The translations under genes and the position numbers were made by a program. Below, one piece after another: positions 1 through 14,282 of a DNA stretch of 64,000 nt. Within the stretch, counting starts at the first letter, position 1; each line of letters opens with the position of its first letter. Origin of the DNA: Octopus sinensis (Eukaryota); assembly GCF_006345805.1 (NCBI RefSeq), contig NW_021833283.1, forward strand, positions 12,905 to 76,904, in the 5' to 3' direction. The notes under the pieces are model-generated. The model was not told where the DNA came from and did not search any database. It worked only from the letters and a program-made list of their open reading frames with translations.

Positions 1-43
1 GTCCCCTCTGTGTTTAGCCCTTTGTGGGTAATAAAGAAATAGG
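1..43 (+). mobile_element. 3' end of SINE family A (cut by window edge)
   Basis: GTCCCCTCTGTGTTTAGCCC..GTGGGTAATAAAGAAATAGG matches the tails of fuller copies at 30156 and 39809. Confidence 0.85.
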
Positions 44-892
44 TAAATGACATTATGAAATTTCCCTTTCCTTATTATCAGGAGTTAGGCACGAGACCAA
101 AAAGTCTTCTATCTCAGCCGGACAAAGGCCGATGTGGATAAACATGCCACAATAAAAAATATATATATAATAAACGGAAACCCCAACAAAGATACCAGAA
201 TAAGCTATAAAACATGTGAGATTCATTTACACTTCCTCCACCCCAGAAAGCATCTTCCCACTGAGAAAGACACATATATAACAAAGGAGAACCAATATCA
301 CGTGAGGTGGGTCTGGCTCCCGATATAGACGATATGAAATTCACAGGAATTCGCAATAATAAAAGTCTCTAATAAGACTCTTATATAAGTATGCGCAAAG
401 AATATCCATGGAGAGTATGGATGAAGGAGTGAATGATATGACAATAGCAACAACAACAACGACAGTATAATATTTCAGATTTCAAATAGACTTCGCAAAT
501 TATTATATTTCCAAGATCCAGAGGACGTGGCTTTCTCACTGACACAAGAATACAAGAACTCCTGACGGACGATTTCGGAATCTCAAGCAAGCAACAATAC
601 AAGAAATTAAACTGCAGGTGTTATCAAGGAAGTGGGGTTCTCTGGTTAGCGCAGGTGGAAATATCTATTTTTTATAGAAATAAATTGTTTTACTTAATTT
701 TTATTTCAATACACATTTTTCATTTTATAAATATTTAAATGGCTCAGTTATATATCGCATTTACCTCTACCACGATTATGGTGTAATTTATCTGCTCCTC
801 TCAACATGAATTTGTAAGATCACCATTTTGTGTCTTTGTATTTTCTGCAACTCTCCGAGCCCTTGTGACTATCAAAGAAGTTTTATTATAAA

Positions 893-1274
893 CTAGCAGT
901 ATCGCCCGGCGTTGCTCGGGTTTTGTAAGGGAAATAACTATATAAGCATTTTTAGAGATGTAAAGTATAATAGCCATCTCAATATGGCTAACCACAAAAG
1001 TGTTACTGTAGCTTTGAGATTTAATAATAAATTTTTAGAGAGTTACTTCCCTTATATATGCCAAAAATGCATTAAAAATGGGAAAAATTGATGGTAAATT
1101 TTTAAAAAATCGTAGACTCATGGTAGACGCGCGCTAATACCCAGAAGGGCTCGATATGAATCCCGACTATAAGATACCCGGTTTTGATTAAACTGCACCG
1201 CAAAATGTGGGAGTAGTTAGGATTCTAAATCGTAGGAGACAGACAGCACAAAACCTCACTTTTACATATAAAGA
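893..1274 (-). mobile_element. Non-autonomous Helitron, complete (382 bp)
   Basis: Minus strand begins A|TCTTTATATG and ends CTAG|T; GC hairpin CCCGAGCAACGCCGGG (905-920) about 12 nt from the 3' end; no TSD. Confidence 0.85.
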
Positions 1275-2298
1275 TGTTGCTGTTAATGCCATAAAATCTT
1301 TAGATTTTCTTCTCTCACAGAGTATAAAAGCTGAATATTTGTACACCGTTCTTCCTGCTGTTGTCCTGTAATTTTCTGTCCTATTTGCGGGATTAATATT
1401 AATTTGGTAACTTAAGTTTGGATCTCCAGATAGATTTCTATTTCTAAACGCACAACTGCAAGACCTTGTCAACGATTTAACGATGATTTAGAATTACCAC
1501 CAAAATTGTAATTGCAATTCAATAAGTTATTGGACACGAGCTTTTACATTTATGTGGCGCTTCTACCTGGAAATTCATTTACAGGAAGGTGTTACACTGA
1601 AAATTAATGACTCCATATTCTGAATATTTGGTGTGCTGCTGAACTTACAGATACGTTTAATGAGGTTCATTACACTTGGAATTCCTTCTACAAATGTTTC
1701 TTCATATTATATGAAGAATGGTAGATTGCCAGAATCGGTAGAGCGGTCCCTAATATTTTGCGTTCAGTTACTGACGAAATCAGCAAGAAATATAGCCGGA
1801 ACCGAAAAAATAACGTACTTTCTAAGCACTGAGGTTAATTGATACGATATATTAATTCCTTTCTCAAAATTACGTAACCTAATTAGAGGTATATTTTAAG
1901 ATAAAAGAATGTGAGTTGAACTGTAATACAGGCCATTGTCTGATGTTATATGTAATCTCGTTCAGTCTAAAGGATATCAGTGAAAATATTTTCAATAAAG
2001 CACAGTTCTTTTGTACAGTTGTGTCTGCAATCAAAATAGTTGGTTTTACAATATCAAATAACTGATGTCATGCAAGTTTTGTTAATATGTTACATAAGTT
2101 ATAATTGATTGCATTATTTCATGTTAACCAATACCGGGAGATTGAGACCGAAATGATTGACTTAATGTATCAGTTCATAAGCGATATGAGATTCGTTTTA
2201 AATGAACATACAAGTAATAAGAATTAGTGAGTAATATCATCGACAAAGAGTAACGCTTGGAAATATATGCATATGCTCATATGTATATACACGCGCAA

Positions 2299-2313
2299 AC
2301 ATACATACATACA

Positions 2314-2345
<32 letters not shown>

Positions 2346-2351
2346 CATACA

Positions 2352-2387
<36 letters not shown>

Positions 2388-2492
2388 ACGTGACTGACTA
2401 GACCATCAGGTGTTGCTACACATCGCTGGTCACAATGCGTTCGCATTGTTTTAGCCTTCGAATGATGCCACGCCGCTGGCTAAGCGAGCAGG

Positions 2493-2550
<58 letters not shown>

Positions 2551-2582
2551 CATATATATGCTCACGTATATACATATAAATA

Positions 2583-2650
<68 letters not shown>
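2299..2650. repeat. (TACA)n/(TA)n microsatellites enclosing a ~110 bp GC-richer insert (2385-2496), probably an interspersed-repeat fragment
   Basis: Direct inspection; the insert family is not identified. Confidence 0.7.
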
Positions 2651-3129
2651 GCATACAAACGAGCACACACACATGCATATATAAATGTGGTTAGAAAAAG
2701 TTCTGGGGCAATATATAGTGGTTGAAACGTGTAAGTGTTGTGAGGTTCAGTTTTTTACTGAGCATATATAAATTGAAATAGATGACAATCTATCTCAAGT
2801 GTTTTATAGACCGAGGTCATCGTATTCATACAATTTACGATGCACCATCCATTCAAAATACATATTGAGTGCATGAACGCATGCAATGGTTTAAATGTAC
2901 GTGGTTAGACACTCCTTGAAAACAGGTACAATCGAACTGACGCATCGGACTTGAAGCAGGTCTGCTGACTTGCACGTAATAGCATCTGGACCTACCTCGA
3001 AAGAGACCTTTAGTTCTTTAATACACACACGCACACACACATAAAATAAGTTAAAAACATAATAAATGAACAAACAATCGGACAAAAAATGTACAAAAAA
3101 CAATGTGCAATCAAACAAAAAATGTAGAA

Positions 3130-3176
3130 ACTGATGAGGATGTAGCGACATATAGGGTCGCTAAATCCTCATCAGT
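3130..3176. other. 20-bp-arm inverted repeat with CTGATGA on both arms
   Basis: ACTGATGAGGATgTAGCGAC-atatagg-GTCGCTAaATCCTCATCAGT, one mismatch. Confidence 0.85.
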
Positions 3177-3644
3177 AATCGACCAAAGGATCAGCGCGAT
3201 TTTGCGCCTTTAAATGATGATATTGTTCCGCATTGCTGATGGTACCGGTAGCAATGAGCCGCCGGGAATTGGCGAACCAACGAACAAGGGACCAATCCCT
3301 TGAAAAGCAACAAACAAACAAGAATTAAACAAATATGCAATATGAAAGTGAACATACAAACATGAAATAAATGTGGTTCAAAAGAAGACCGTTAGTGGAC
3401 AGAGAGGAAAAAGCAAGACGAAATGAAGACATACGGACAAACTGAAACAGATAAATAGACAGGAGAGGAAAATATACTTAAATCCAGGAGGAATATCGTA
3501 AAAGATTAGAAACAGAAGGACCACAGAGACATAGCGAAACGTATTAAAAGTGGGAAATGAGAGAAATTACGACCAGTCGTTTCGGCGGTCGGCGGGAAAA
3601 GGTAAAAACAGGGTAAGAGGTGTCGATAGTTACATGTAGACAGA

Positions 3645-3721
3645 TAGATAAATAGAAAGACAGACAGACACAGAGGCAGGTAGATAGAGAGACAGGGATA
3701 CAGACAGACAGACAGATAGAT

Positions 3722-3777
<56 letters not shown>

Positions 3778-3840
3778 GGATGGATGGATGGATGGATGGA
3801 TGGATAGAGAGATAGATAGATAGGTAAATAGATAGATAAA
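3645..3840. repeat. Compound (GACA)n/(GATA)n/(GATG)n microsatellite
   Basis: Direct inspection. Confidence 0.95.
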
Positions 3841-3909
3841 GGCCCTAAGGGTAAGTCGAATGAAGCAGATCAAGATATAGTTTGTGAACACATAAAAAAA
3901 GCAACATTA

Positions 3910-3946
3910 ACTACAACTACTGCTACTGCTGCTGCTACTACTACTG

Positions 3947-3996
<50 letters not shown>

Positions 3997-4050
3997 TCAA
4001 CTTCAACCACCACCACCACCACCACCACCACCACCATCACCACCATCACC

Positions 4051-4082
<32 letters not shown>

Positions 4083-4102
4083 CATCACCACCACAACCAC
4101 TC

Positions 4103-4135
<33 letters not shown>

Positions 4136-4220
4136 TCACACCACCACCACCACCACCACCACCACCACTACTACTACTACTACTACCACCACCACCATCA
4201 CCACCACCACCACCACCACC

Positions 4221-4290
<70 letters not shown>

Positions 4291-4310
4291 TTACTATTAC
4301 TACTACTCGC
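3910..4310. repeat. Compound (ACT)n/(ACC)n trinucleotide microsatellite
   Basis: Direct inspection; explains the poly-Val/Ser/Gly ORFs. Confidence 0.95.
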
Positions 4311-5442
4311 ACCACTACAAATAGCAACACCGCAAACGCTGACATTGCCATCATTATTGCAACTACCACAAGCATTATCATTGTTCTCAATGCTGCTGGC
4401 ATGGCCCCTTACAATCATCACTAACACCAGCACCAGTTCAACCACCATCGCTAAAACTACCACTGTCAACACAACTACAACACCAATTCTACAACTTCCA
4501 CTACAACCACCACAGCGCATATTTCATCGTGAATATGCACATTCCACTCCGAAATTTAACACTACGCATACCATCGAAAATTCTACCAATTAAAAGCAAA
4601 AACGTAAGGAGCCGCTCCATTGAGCTACTCGAGTTGCTAGAAGTAGCAAACCACTCTCAAACAGCGCCGATCTTACTCAAATTAAGAAGGATCCACTGGA
4701 CAATACAGTATCCGATATACGAGCATGACGGGTTGGTTAGCAGTATTGGAGAAGCGTATTTGCATTGGTAGTGTTGTTGTTGGTGGTGGTGATGTTGATG
4801 TTGATGTTGATGTTGAGCGAACGGTCTTCGTCGCAGAGCTCGCAAGATGGGGGAAGTCCGAAACGTGGTCCTTTTGCTATTCGTAAGACCCGCAGAAGAG
4901 AAAGCAGGTCAACCCCCGACACCGAGAGCATCGACGGATGGATGAATGCGCATCCAGGCTCAGCGGTTGCGTAGGAATGTTGTTGTTGGTGGTGGGGGTG
5001 GTGGGGGTAGGGTTGAGGGGGATGGTGGGGGTGGGGGTGTGGGGATGGTGGTGATGGTGGTGAGGGTGGTAGCTCTGGTGGTCAACGTAATATTCATAGC
5101 TGTGGTAAGGTTAATAGCATGAGTTGCCAGAGACATAGTATCGGTGGTAGTGCAAGTCATAGTTGTAAATTGCATGGGGATAATAGTGATGGGAGTGGCT
5201 GATGTTATAGTAGTTCCAGTTGTAGTGGTGGTAGTGGCGGTTGTAGCTTCAGTTAACTTAGTGGTAGTCACAGAGGTAGTGTTGGTTGTAGCATAGTAGT
5301 GGTTCTAATGTTATTTGCTGAGGAGTGGTGGTTGTAGGTGTAATGCTAGAGTTATTGTTGTTGTTGGTCGTAATGGCGGCGGTGATGCTGTTGGCGATGG
5401 TAGTGGTGGTGGTGGCGGTGCTGTTGCTGCTGGTGCTAGTGC

Positions 5443-5473
<31 letters not shown>

Positions 5474-6507
5474 AAGCAACAAGACGGGTAAGGGTGATTA
5501 GGTGATGGTTTAGGGCTTAGATGCGGGAAACCCCAGACCTTGTAAAAACAAAAAAAAAACTTTGGTCGTCTTGTTGTAGTCGAGGGCTCTCCGTTGACGC
5601 CCGACACCACTGGGAGGTGGTCCTCGAATCGCTGGAAATGGAGATCTCCAGGTCCAAATTCTCGGAGGGCTGGTGCTGCAGCTGGTGGCGGTGGTGAGTC
5701 GGAGGTGACAATACTGGTAGTGGTAGTAGTAGTGGTGGTGGTGGTGGTGATGGTAATAGTAATTGTAATGGTGGTGCTATTGGTGGCTGATATACGGTCA
5801 GCTTGACCAGGAGCTGACCCTAAGCAACTACAACATCAGCCAACGTTATCAATTCTAACATCATTACCACTACACAAGTTAACACCACCATCACCTCAAT
5901 CACAACCATAACCTCTACCGTAATCATCATCGTCAATGTGATCGGTGTCGTCATTGTCATCATCGTCATTATTATTCTTACTTCATTTGGTGCCATCGAC
6001 ACCATAATAACCATATTCACTACCATCACCACCATCAACAACAACAACACTACATGCACCCCGTCAACACCATCAACTCAATACTACGTTGATTACCACA
6101 TGCAATAACACCGCCTTTCTCACCACATCAACACGCCAGCACCATCGTCACCACCATCATTAGGAACACCATGACCAAGTATAACGACACCACCACCTCC
6201 AGTGCCACCAGAACATCCTCAATTAATCCTTCTGTCTTTGCTATTTCAAACACCATCCACCCAAACCAATACACCACCCATCATCCGCAAAGACTCCACC
6301 CTATACCGCAGTTATTACCCTAACCAAATGGAGCATAATACGAACACCTCACACCCAATTACATTTACTCATTTATTTATTAATTTTTTTTCATTTTGTA
6401 ATTCGCTGCTGTTGTTTTTCGTTAATGTTATTGAGTAGATCAAAAGCGAATTTACTATTTTATTGGAACAGTGGTAATTTTCGTTATTAACCTTGGGTGG
6501 GTAAACG

Positions 6508-6863
<356 letters not shown>

Positions 6864-7099
6864 ACAACAAACAAAAGCGAAGATTTTAATGAAAACACAC
6901 TAAACCATAAATACAAAATAAAAGCAATAAATGTTAAGGTTTTTTGCCTCCATGTTTCTCTTTTTTGTTTTCGAATGTATTTAGTTTTTAGTGTTTTTTT
7001 AATTGATTTCATTTCTTGGCACATTATATCGCTGATGCAAGAAACAACAATTATAATCATAAGACCGTGTCAAACAACAATATCATCAACAATATTATT

Positions 7100-7149
7100 A
7101 CAATAATACATTAATAAATAATAATAATAATAATGATAATAATAATAAC

Positions 7150-7200
<51 letters not shown>
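7100..7200. repeat. (AAT)n microsatellite
   Basis: Direct inspection. Confidence 0.95.
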
Positions 7201-7943
7201 TTTTCTAACGATGTAAGATACAACAGCAGCAACAGCACCAGCAACAGAGGCTGCAGTAGCAATGGTAATGGAAATAATGGCTGAACACAAATAGAAAAAA
7301 TGAAGCCGTCAAAACATTACCAGACAAATAGATAAATAAATAAATAAAATCACATTAAAAAAGAAAAGAAACGGAAAAGAAAACAATTAACAATGGACAA
7401 GGTTTTATTACGTAACAAGAGAATGATCCGACTATGGTGACCCTAGGTGTTCTGCCGATATACTAGAAATAGCAGTCAAATTTTTCGGGAGTCTCAAAGA
7501 AAAATGAATGGATTTGTAGAGCATAGCTAGAATGTCTTTGGGCATTGATCAATTGAGCCAAAAAAACAGCAACTCTAAAAATAACCCGTTGTTGGCGCAA
7601 TAGTAATTGCAGGAATATTGGGAGAATTATCTGAGGAATCGTTTGTATCTTCATCCGATCTGCAATGTGTGAATCTGAGATAGAAATATGTTGAATAAAA
7701 TCATAATTAACAGATCTTCCTGTACTTTTTCGTTTACACAAAGCCAAGAACATTTCAAACACCCCCACGTGTATAATTACCAGTATTTGCAGAAATATAA
7801 AATGCTCGTTTGGCCATCTCCACTAACCCTTCAAATCACTTTCATCAACGCTTCAAACTATTCGCAGGGAAAAGCATCAATAGTTGTGTCTATTTGTTTA
7901 CTGCATGAATACGAATCTATAAATATGCGAAATCATAAACATA

Positions 7944-8357
7944 GGCGCAGGAGTGGCTGTGTGGTAAGTAGCTTGCTTACCAACCACATGGTTCTGGGTT
8001 CAGTCCCACTGCGTGGCATCTTGGGCAAGTGTCTTCTGCTATAGCCCCGGGCCGATCAATGCCTTGTGAGTGGATTTGGTAGACGGAAACTGATAGAAGC
8101 CTGTCGTATATATGTATAGATATATATATGTATGTGTGTGTGTGTTTGTGTGTCTGTGTTTGTCCCCCTAGCATTGCTTGACAACTGATGCTGGTGTGTT
8201 CACGTCCCCGTCACTTACCGCTTCGGCAAAAGAGACCGATAGAATAAGTACTGGGCTTACAAAGAATAAGTCCTTGGGGTCGATTTGCTCGACTAAAGGC
8301 GGTGCTCCAGCATGGCCGCAGTCAAATGACTGAAACAATTAAAAGAGTAAAAGAGTA
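7944..8357 (+). mobile_element. tRNA-derived SINE family B (CORE-like), full length
   Basis: A box TGGCTGTGTGG, B-box-like GGTTCAGTCCC, CORE-like CTTGGGCAAGTG, internal (TA)/(TG) tract, AAAAGAGT tail; near-identical inverted copy at 37104-37513. Confidence 0.9.
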
Positions 8358-8963
8358 TATATGCTTACTCTTGATTATAGTCTATGACCTTAGGTCAAAT
8401 GCTAATCGTACTCATCAGATTTTTCAAAGCCTTGTAAAAGAATTCGGAAGCTTGGGCCTCCAACCAGGCCTTTCGCGATAGCCTTAGAATCAGGAACGTT
8501 TCAGCATCCACTCGTAGTAATATTTGATAGTAATATATGACTTTATGAATATGTATGCACATCCGTTCGTAAATATGCGTTTTGTCTTCAGAATATTAAA
8601 AAATTTCGTAAGCGTTATTCCTTTCAGAAAGACAAATTGCAAATACAATAACACCTTTTCAGTGAATTCTGACAATCAAAGTGTATTTGAAAGCCTACAG
8701 TAGAGATGGAACAACTTGGTAGATTTTAGATTATATAATAAATTTGTCACTCGTTTGAACAACACAGCTTATTCTTTATGTGTTTTCGCGCCGCATTTAT
8801 TGAAACCATCCTGCTCAGGACGACTGTCTAATAATAATGGTTTGAGGGCGCTTGTCTAGTAATAACACTCTTTTACTAGGCTTAGAGATCCGAAAATTGT
8901 TTTATCCACTGCGCTACCTACCAGTATTAACCGAACAATAAATGTTTTGTTAGCTTTTATTTC

Positions 8964-9182
8964 TATTTCTTTACTACCCACAAGGGGCTAAACACAGAGG
9001 AGACAAACAAGGACAGACAGACGGATTAAGACGATTATTAAGTGCGTAACTGGTCCTTAATTTATCGACCCCGAAAGGATGAAAGGCAAAGTCGACCTCG
9101 GCAGAATTTGAACTCAGAACGTAGCGGCAGACGAAAGACGGCTTTTCACCCGGCTTGGTAACGTTTCTGTCAGCTCGCCGAC
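8964..9182 (-). mobile_element. SINE family A (Meta-domain-like) with 17-bp TSD
   Basis: B box GAGTTCAAATTC; GCCTTTCATCCTTTCGGGGTCGATAAA core; TTGTTAGCTTTTATTTC repeated at 8947-8963 and 9183-9199. Confidence 0.92.
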
Positions 9183-9329
9183 TTGTTAGCTTTTATTTCA
9201 TCTGCGTAGAAAATCGCTCAGTATTTTGTATTACTGCATCACTTTCCAGTTGCATAGCATTCGCACTACATACTGGAGGGAGCTTTATTGCCACGAATAC
9301 CGTAAGTATTGACATAAAAGTAAACAATT

Positions 9330-9445
9330 TGAGAGGTGGGGGCTAGTCAATATCATCGACTGCAGTATCTGATTGATATTTCATTTTATCGATCCTGTTA
9401 GGATGAAAGCACATTTAACTTCGGCGGTATTTGAACTCATAATAT
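9330..9445 (-). mobile_element. Degenerate SINE family A fragment
   Basis: TTTTATCGATCC..GGATGAAAG..TTTGAACTCA resembles the family A core. Confidence 0.6.
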
Positions 9446-10225
9446 GACGATCCAGAAAGAATGCTACCGAGAGAAATGTTTCTAAGTTCAAACAAAAATC
9501 AACTGCAATATGTATGACATTATACCGTTTATCACGAAATTCTTTGCTCTGTGCTGTTTTGCACAACTTCTACAAAAAAAAGTCATTGGCAAGACGTATG
9601 AATCTTCAGGTGACATAATGAAATCATGACTGAGGCAATGGGTCAACGAAGAAATCTCCAGGCTTGTTGTTTACTTGCAGGAAATATCGGTTGCATATGG
9701 ATTCTGAATAGAAGGAAGGAGACTGTGGTAGAATGGACACGCTGGATGCTGCAGTTCAAATGTTTGTATTAGTGTGTATATGTGCATATATATTTGTTTG
9801 CATGTGTGTGTGTGTGCGCGCGCGTGTATGTGTGTGTGTGTGTAGGAAATAGTGGCACAACAAGGTACCAATTTTAGCTGGAAATTGGTATTTGTTGTGC
9901 CATTATTTTCTATTTATAATTCTACCTTTACGATGCTTTATTTAACTGGAAAATAATATTTATTGTATTATGATAATATTTATATGTTGACATGTCAAAA
10001 AGAGTTGCAGCAACAATAACAATTGCAAAGAGAATGCATGTATGTTGCTAGTCGACTAGTTAGAAATACTAGTTAGAAATTTGTCTCAAATTACCGTCTT
10101 ATAAAATTACATGTCGTGTAATGTGGTACAAGGTTCTCTGTACACTGGAAAAAGCAGGATTGTCAAACCTCAACAAGAAACTGTTGACACAATAGATAAT
10201 ATCATCCTATACAGAACATGTGTGA

Positions 10226-10345
10226 AGGATCATAGCTCAGTGGTCAGAGCGTAGAGTTTACGAACTAGAGGTTGTGAGTTCGATTCCCGGACAAGGCTGT
10301 GTGTTGTGTTCTTGAGCAAGACACTTTATTTCACGTTGCTCCAGC
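10226..10345 (+). mobile_element. tRNA-derived SINE head, family D (3'-truncated)
   Basis: A box TAGCTCAGTGG, B box GAGTTCGATTCC, then TGTGTTCTTGAGCAAGACACTTTATTTCACGTTGC, shared with the 51686 copy. Confidence 0.8.
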
Positions 10346-11874
10346 AATTTAGAGAGGAGGAGATCAATCATTGTAACAGAAACAACACGTTATAAACAAT
10401 CGCAACAACAATAATGGTAAGGATAATAGCAGTAGGAAAAGAATCAAGAATGCAAAACAAGGCACCATAGCTTCTTAGGGGTCACTCGAATTAGTGAATA
10501 TAGTTGTCAAATATTCTTCAATAATATCCCACCGCTATGGAAAGATTCATAGATGAAATATTTTCACGTAGGTGAAATCTGCTTAGAAAGAGGAGTCGAT
10601 AAATGGGTATTGATTGATGTTTCATATTATAGACCCGGAATGAAGAAAGGAAGGATTGACAAGATAAGGTTAGAACTCAAGAGGTAAAGTTTCAAGTGAT
10701 CCTGTAAATCCACCATTGTTAGGAGATACTAGTCAATATGTTCTTTGCCTTGCTTCGCGTTGTGCCTTCACATGCCGTTGGAGTTGTAAGACGGTCTCCA
10801 TGGCTAGGTGATTCTTTTTTTTTAACTTGTAGACCTGTCAGAGTTCATTCTTCCTTATGAATGACAAAAATCAATTTCTCTCAGACAGAAAGGGTGGGCA
10901 AGTGAGAGAAAGACAATGAGAAATAAAAGGGACACAGGCAGAAATAAAGAGCTATAGACAGAAAAGAATCGATTCCAATAGAAGGTTATTAATTTAACTA
11001 CCCAGAAAGGATTAAAAGGTAAAGTTGTGTTCTGTGGTATTTGAACACAGAGAGGAAACACCAGGAACAAATACTAAAAAGCGATCTAACTGACTCCGCC
11101 AATTTGCTGCCTTAATGAAATCCTAGTTATAATGTAAGCCTGAATGGACCGCATTTAGTGAGAACCCTTCTGGATGAACATTGACCAGGTCTAAACAGCG
11201 AAAATAACAACAACTATAACTAGCAGTACTAATAATAACACTAAGGCTAATAGCGTCAACGACAACACTAAGAACACATCAAGAATAACGTTAGAAAAAA
11301 CGGCATCAGCAGCACCAGCGACAGATGTAAGAACAAGGAGAACACATTTAATGACAAAATAATGTATAAGAAAGCATAGCTAACCAAAGCTACCTCAAAC
11401 AGCAAGTCAAGTATTGGAAGAAGGAAAAATAATGGATACATGTTTTTAAAAAATATATATATAGCGACAGTAAGAGCAGAATAAGATAACACCAGGCACA
11501 GAAACAACAATAACAGCAACAACAGGAACAACAGGAACCATTATGACTATGAGAACAAATCACAATAACAACAACAGCAGCAACAAATTCACAGCAACCA
11601 CATCAACAAGGCGAACAATGTATGAGACGAAGGAAAATAATAACGTAAAGAGGAATAAGATATCATCATCATCGTCATCAACAACAACAACAACGGCAGC
11701 AACAATAGCAACAACAGCAATAACAACATGGACAACAGCAGCAACAACAACAAAAGAAACGAGCCATTACAAAAATAACCACAAGAGCCCACAACAACCC
11801 ATCTGTACGCATGTGTGTTACTAGAGTTTGTTTATACGCACACAACGACACACAGACAATTATATGATTTTTAC

Positions 11875-11921
11875 TACATACATACATACATACACAAATA
11901 TATACATATATATATATGTTT

Positions 11922-11952
<31 letters not shown>

Positions 11953-11967
11953 GTGTGTGTATATATA

Positions 11968-12016
<49 letters not shown>

Positions 12017-12026
12017 TAGATAGATG

Positions 12027-12063
<37 letters not shown>

Positions 12064-12336
12064 TAGATAGATAGATATACCCATATGTATGTATGTGTAT
12101 GTATATGCACATTATATGTGTTCGTGTGTCTATTTCGCATATACATTCATATATTCATATCTATATACCTGTATGCAAAAACAAATTAGACTTCCATTCG
12201 TGTATATGTATGAGTGTGTGTGCGTACGTTAGTGTGTATATGTGTGTATGCGGGTGTGTATGCATATGTACATACATGCATATATATATATATATATATT
12301 GTATATTATATATATGTATATATATACATATATACG

Positions 12337-12367
<31 letters not shown>

Positions 12368-12480
12368 TATATATATATATATATATATAAATGTATATAT
12401 ATGTGTGTATAGGAATATCTGCCTGCGTTAAGTACTTATATATATATGTATATATGTATATATATACACACGTATATACA
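11875..12480. repeat. (TA)n/(TACA)n/(TG)n compound microsatellite field
   Basis: Direct inspection. Confidence 0.9.
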
Positions 12481-12999
12481 AGAATATGTATCTACACACA
12501 TAGGCGCGCGCGTGTATCTTCACCTTCTAACTCTTCCCTCCACTTTCGTAATTCTATAAGTCTTTGTTTCAAACGAAGCTATTATACACATGAGAGGTGC
12601 CATTATCTTCCATTCTGTGTCAGCTTATTCATTTAGCTTTCCGTCTCATGGATCATGGATCAAAACTGAACTACTGTATGTGGGGTTTATTCCATTAATG
12701 GCTTAAGTCTGGAAAGTGTGTATGGAGGGTGTAAGAGTAGTGATTGCGGTGGAGGTGGTGGTGCTGGCGGTTGAAAGACCGCTATGCTGTTATGCTGTTG
12801 TTTTTCTTATTGTTCTTCTTAAAGATCATCTATCGCATTGTATGGAAGATTGAAAGTGTAACATTTCTTGCGGCGGACAAAAAAAAAAATATATATATAA
12901 AAATCATACGCACACATCTCCATACACTTTCACTTCTACACGAACTGTAAAGCACACTCTCACTCTTAGACCTATACACACTCTTTTTCTCTTACCCAC

Positions 13000-13234
13000 C
13001 ATATATGTATGTGTTTATGTGTATAAGCGCGTATATGCATGTATGTATGGGCATATGAATGTATGTATGCGTATATTTGTGTGTATGTGTATATACGTGC
13101 ATATACATATATCTATGCATGTACGTATATGTATGTTGTATGTATGTATGTATGTATGTATGTATGTATGTGTATATATGTATGAATATATATATACACA
13201 CATACACCAATGCATGCATATTTATATATATATG

Positions 13235-13267
<33 letters not shown>

Positions 13268-13359
13268 GTATATTATATATATATATATATAATTATATTA
13301 TATATATATATATACATATAATATATATATATATATATAATATATATATTATATATATA

Positions 13360-13399
<40 letters not shown>

Positions 13400-13415
13400 A
13401 TACGTGTATATGTGT
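13000..13415. repeat. (TATG)n/(TA)n compound microsatellite
   Basis: Direct inspection. Confidence 0.9.
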
Positions 13416-14282
13416 GCAGGCACATCAAAGCGAGTGTGGCCAGTTGGCCACGCTTTCGATAGTTCTTTAGAGACCTATGTAGTCTCTAACAAACATGAGC
13501 TCTTCTCGATTCTCCAAAATTTCAATCAATACGATATGGGTGGTGTGACATTTGCGAGATGAGATAACAGCACCAGTATTCAGCTGGTACACATTATCAG
13601 CTCAGTAGACTAGAGTAACGTGAAAGTATTTAACATACTCAAGGCTACAATGGAACTCGAGGTCAGGAAACGATCAGCGATTTTATGAACATGGAACACA
13701 GGCGCTAGGCCACACATCTTCTCATTAGACAACAAAGAGCATAAGCGTTCTGGATCTTTGAACGTGACAAGAGAATTGAGTAACTATTTTAAAATATCAG
13801 TACCTGAGGTATAAATACAACAGATTGCCGTCACGTATATTTTGTTGCTGTGACATGAAGACACACATGCCAAGGATACACACACACACGCACAGACCCT
13901 GTAACATAAAAAAAGAGTGAGAAAATGTGATTAAGAGGGAAGCTGAGTTCTGGGAGGGTGAGATTGACGGGGAAAAAGGAATATTTTGTGTTATTTGCAT
14001 AAAAAATGCAAATATTAACAGAATTACATGAACTGCACTGTGTCTAAATTTACCGAAATATAAATACTAAAACCTATCATTATGCTTCTGCAAGGCACTG
14101 TTAGGGGACATGTGATTGTCGCCTCACATGTCTATGCATACTAAGACACGGAGATATATGCATATATATATATATATATATTTATTATATATATATATAT
14201 ATACACCTACATACACACATATATATATATATGTGTGTGTGTGTGTGTATACACATATGTACGTACACACACATATATTGTC

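Noticed and set aside
4833-4877. GAAAC-GTG-GTC with a possible helix I
   Set aside because: The CUGANGA strand is absent; calling a ribozyme would require an unsupported deletion
5485-5520. Telomere-like TTAGGG variants
   Set aside because: Only one exact unit; too degenerate to call an interstitial telomere
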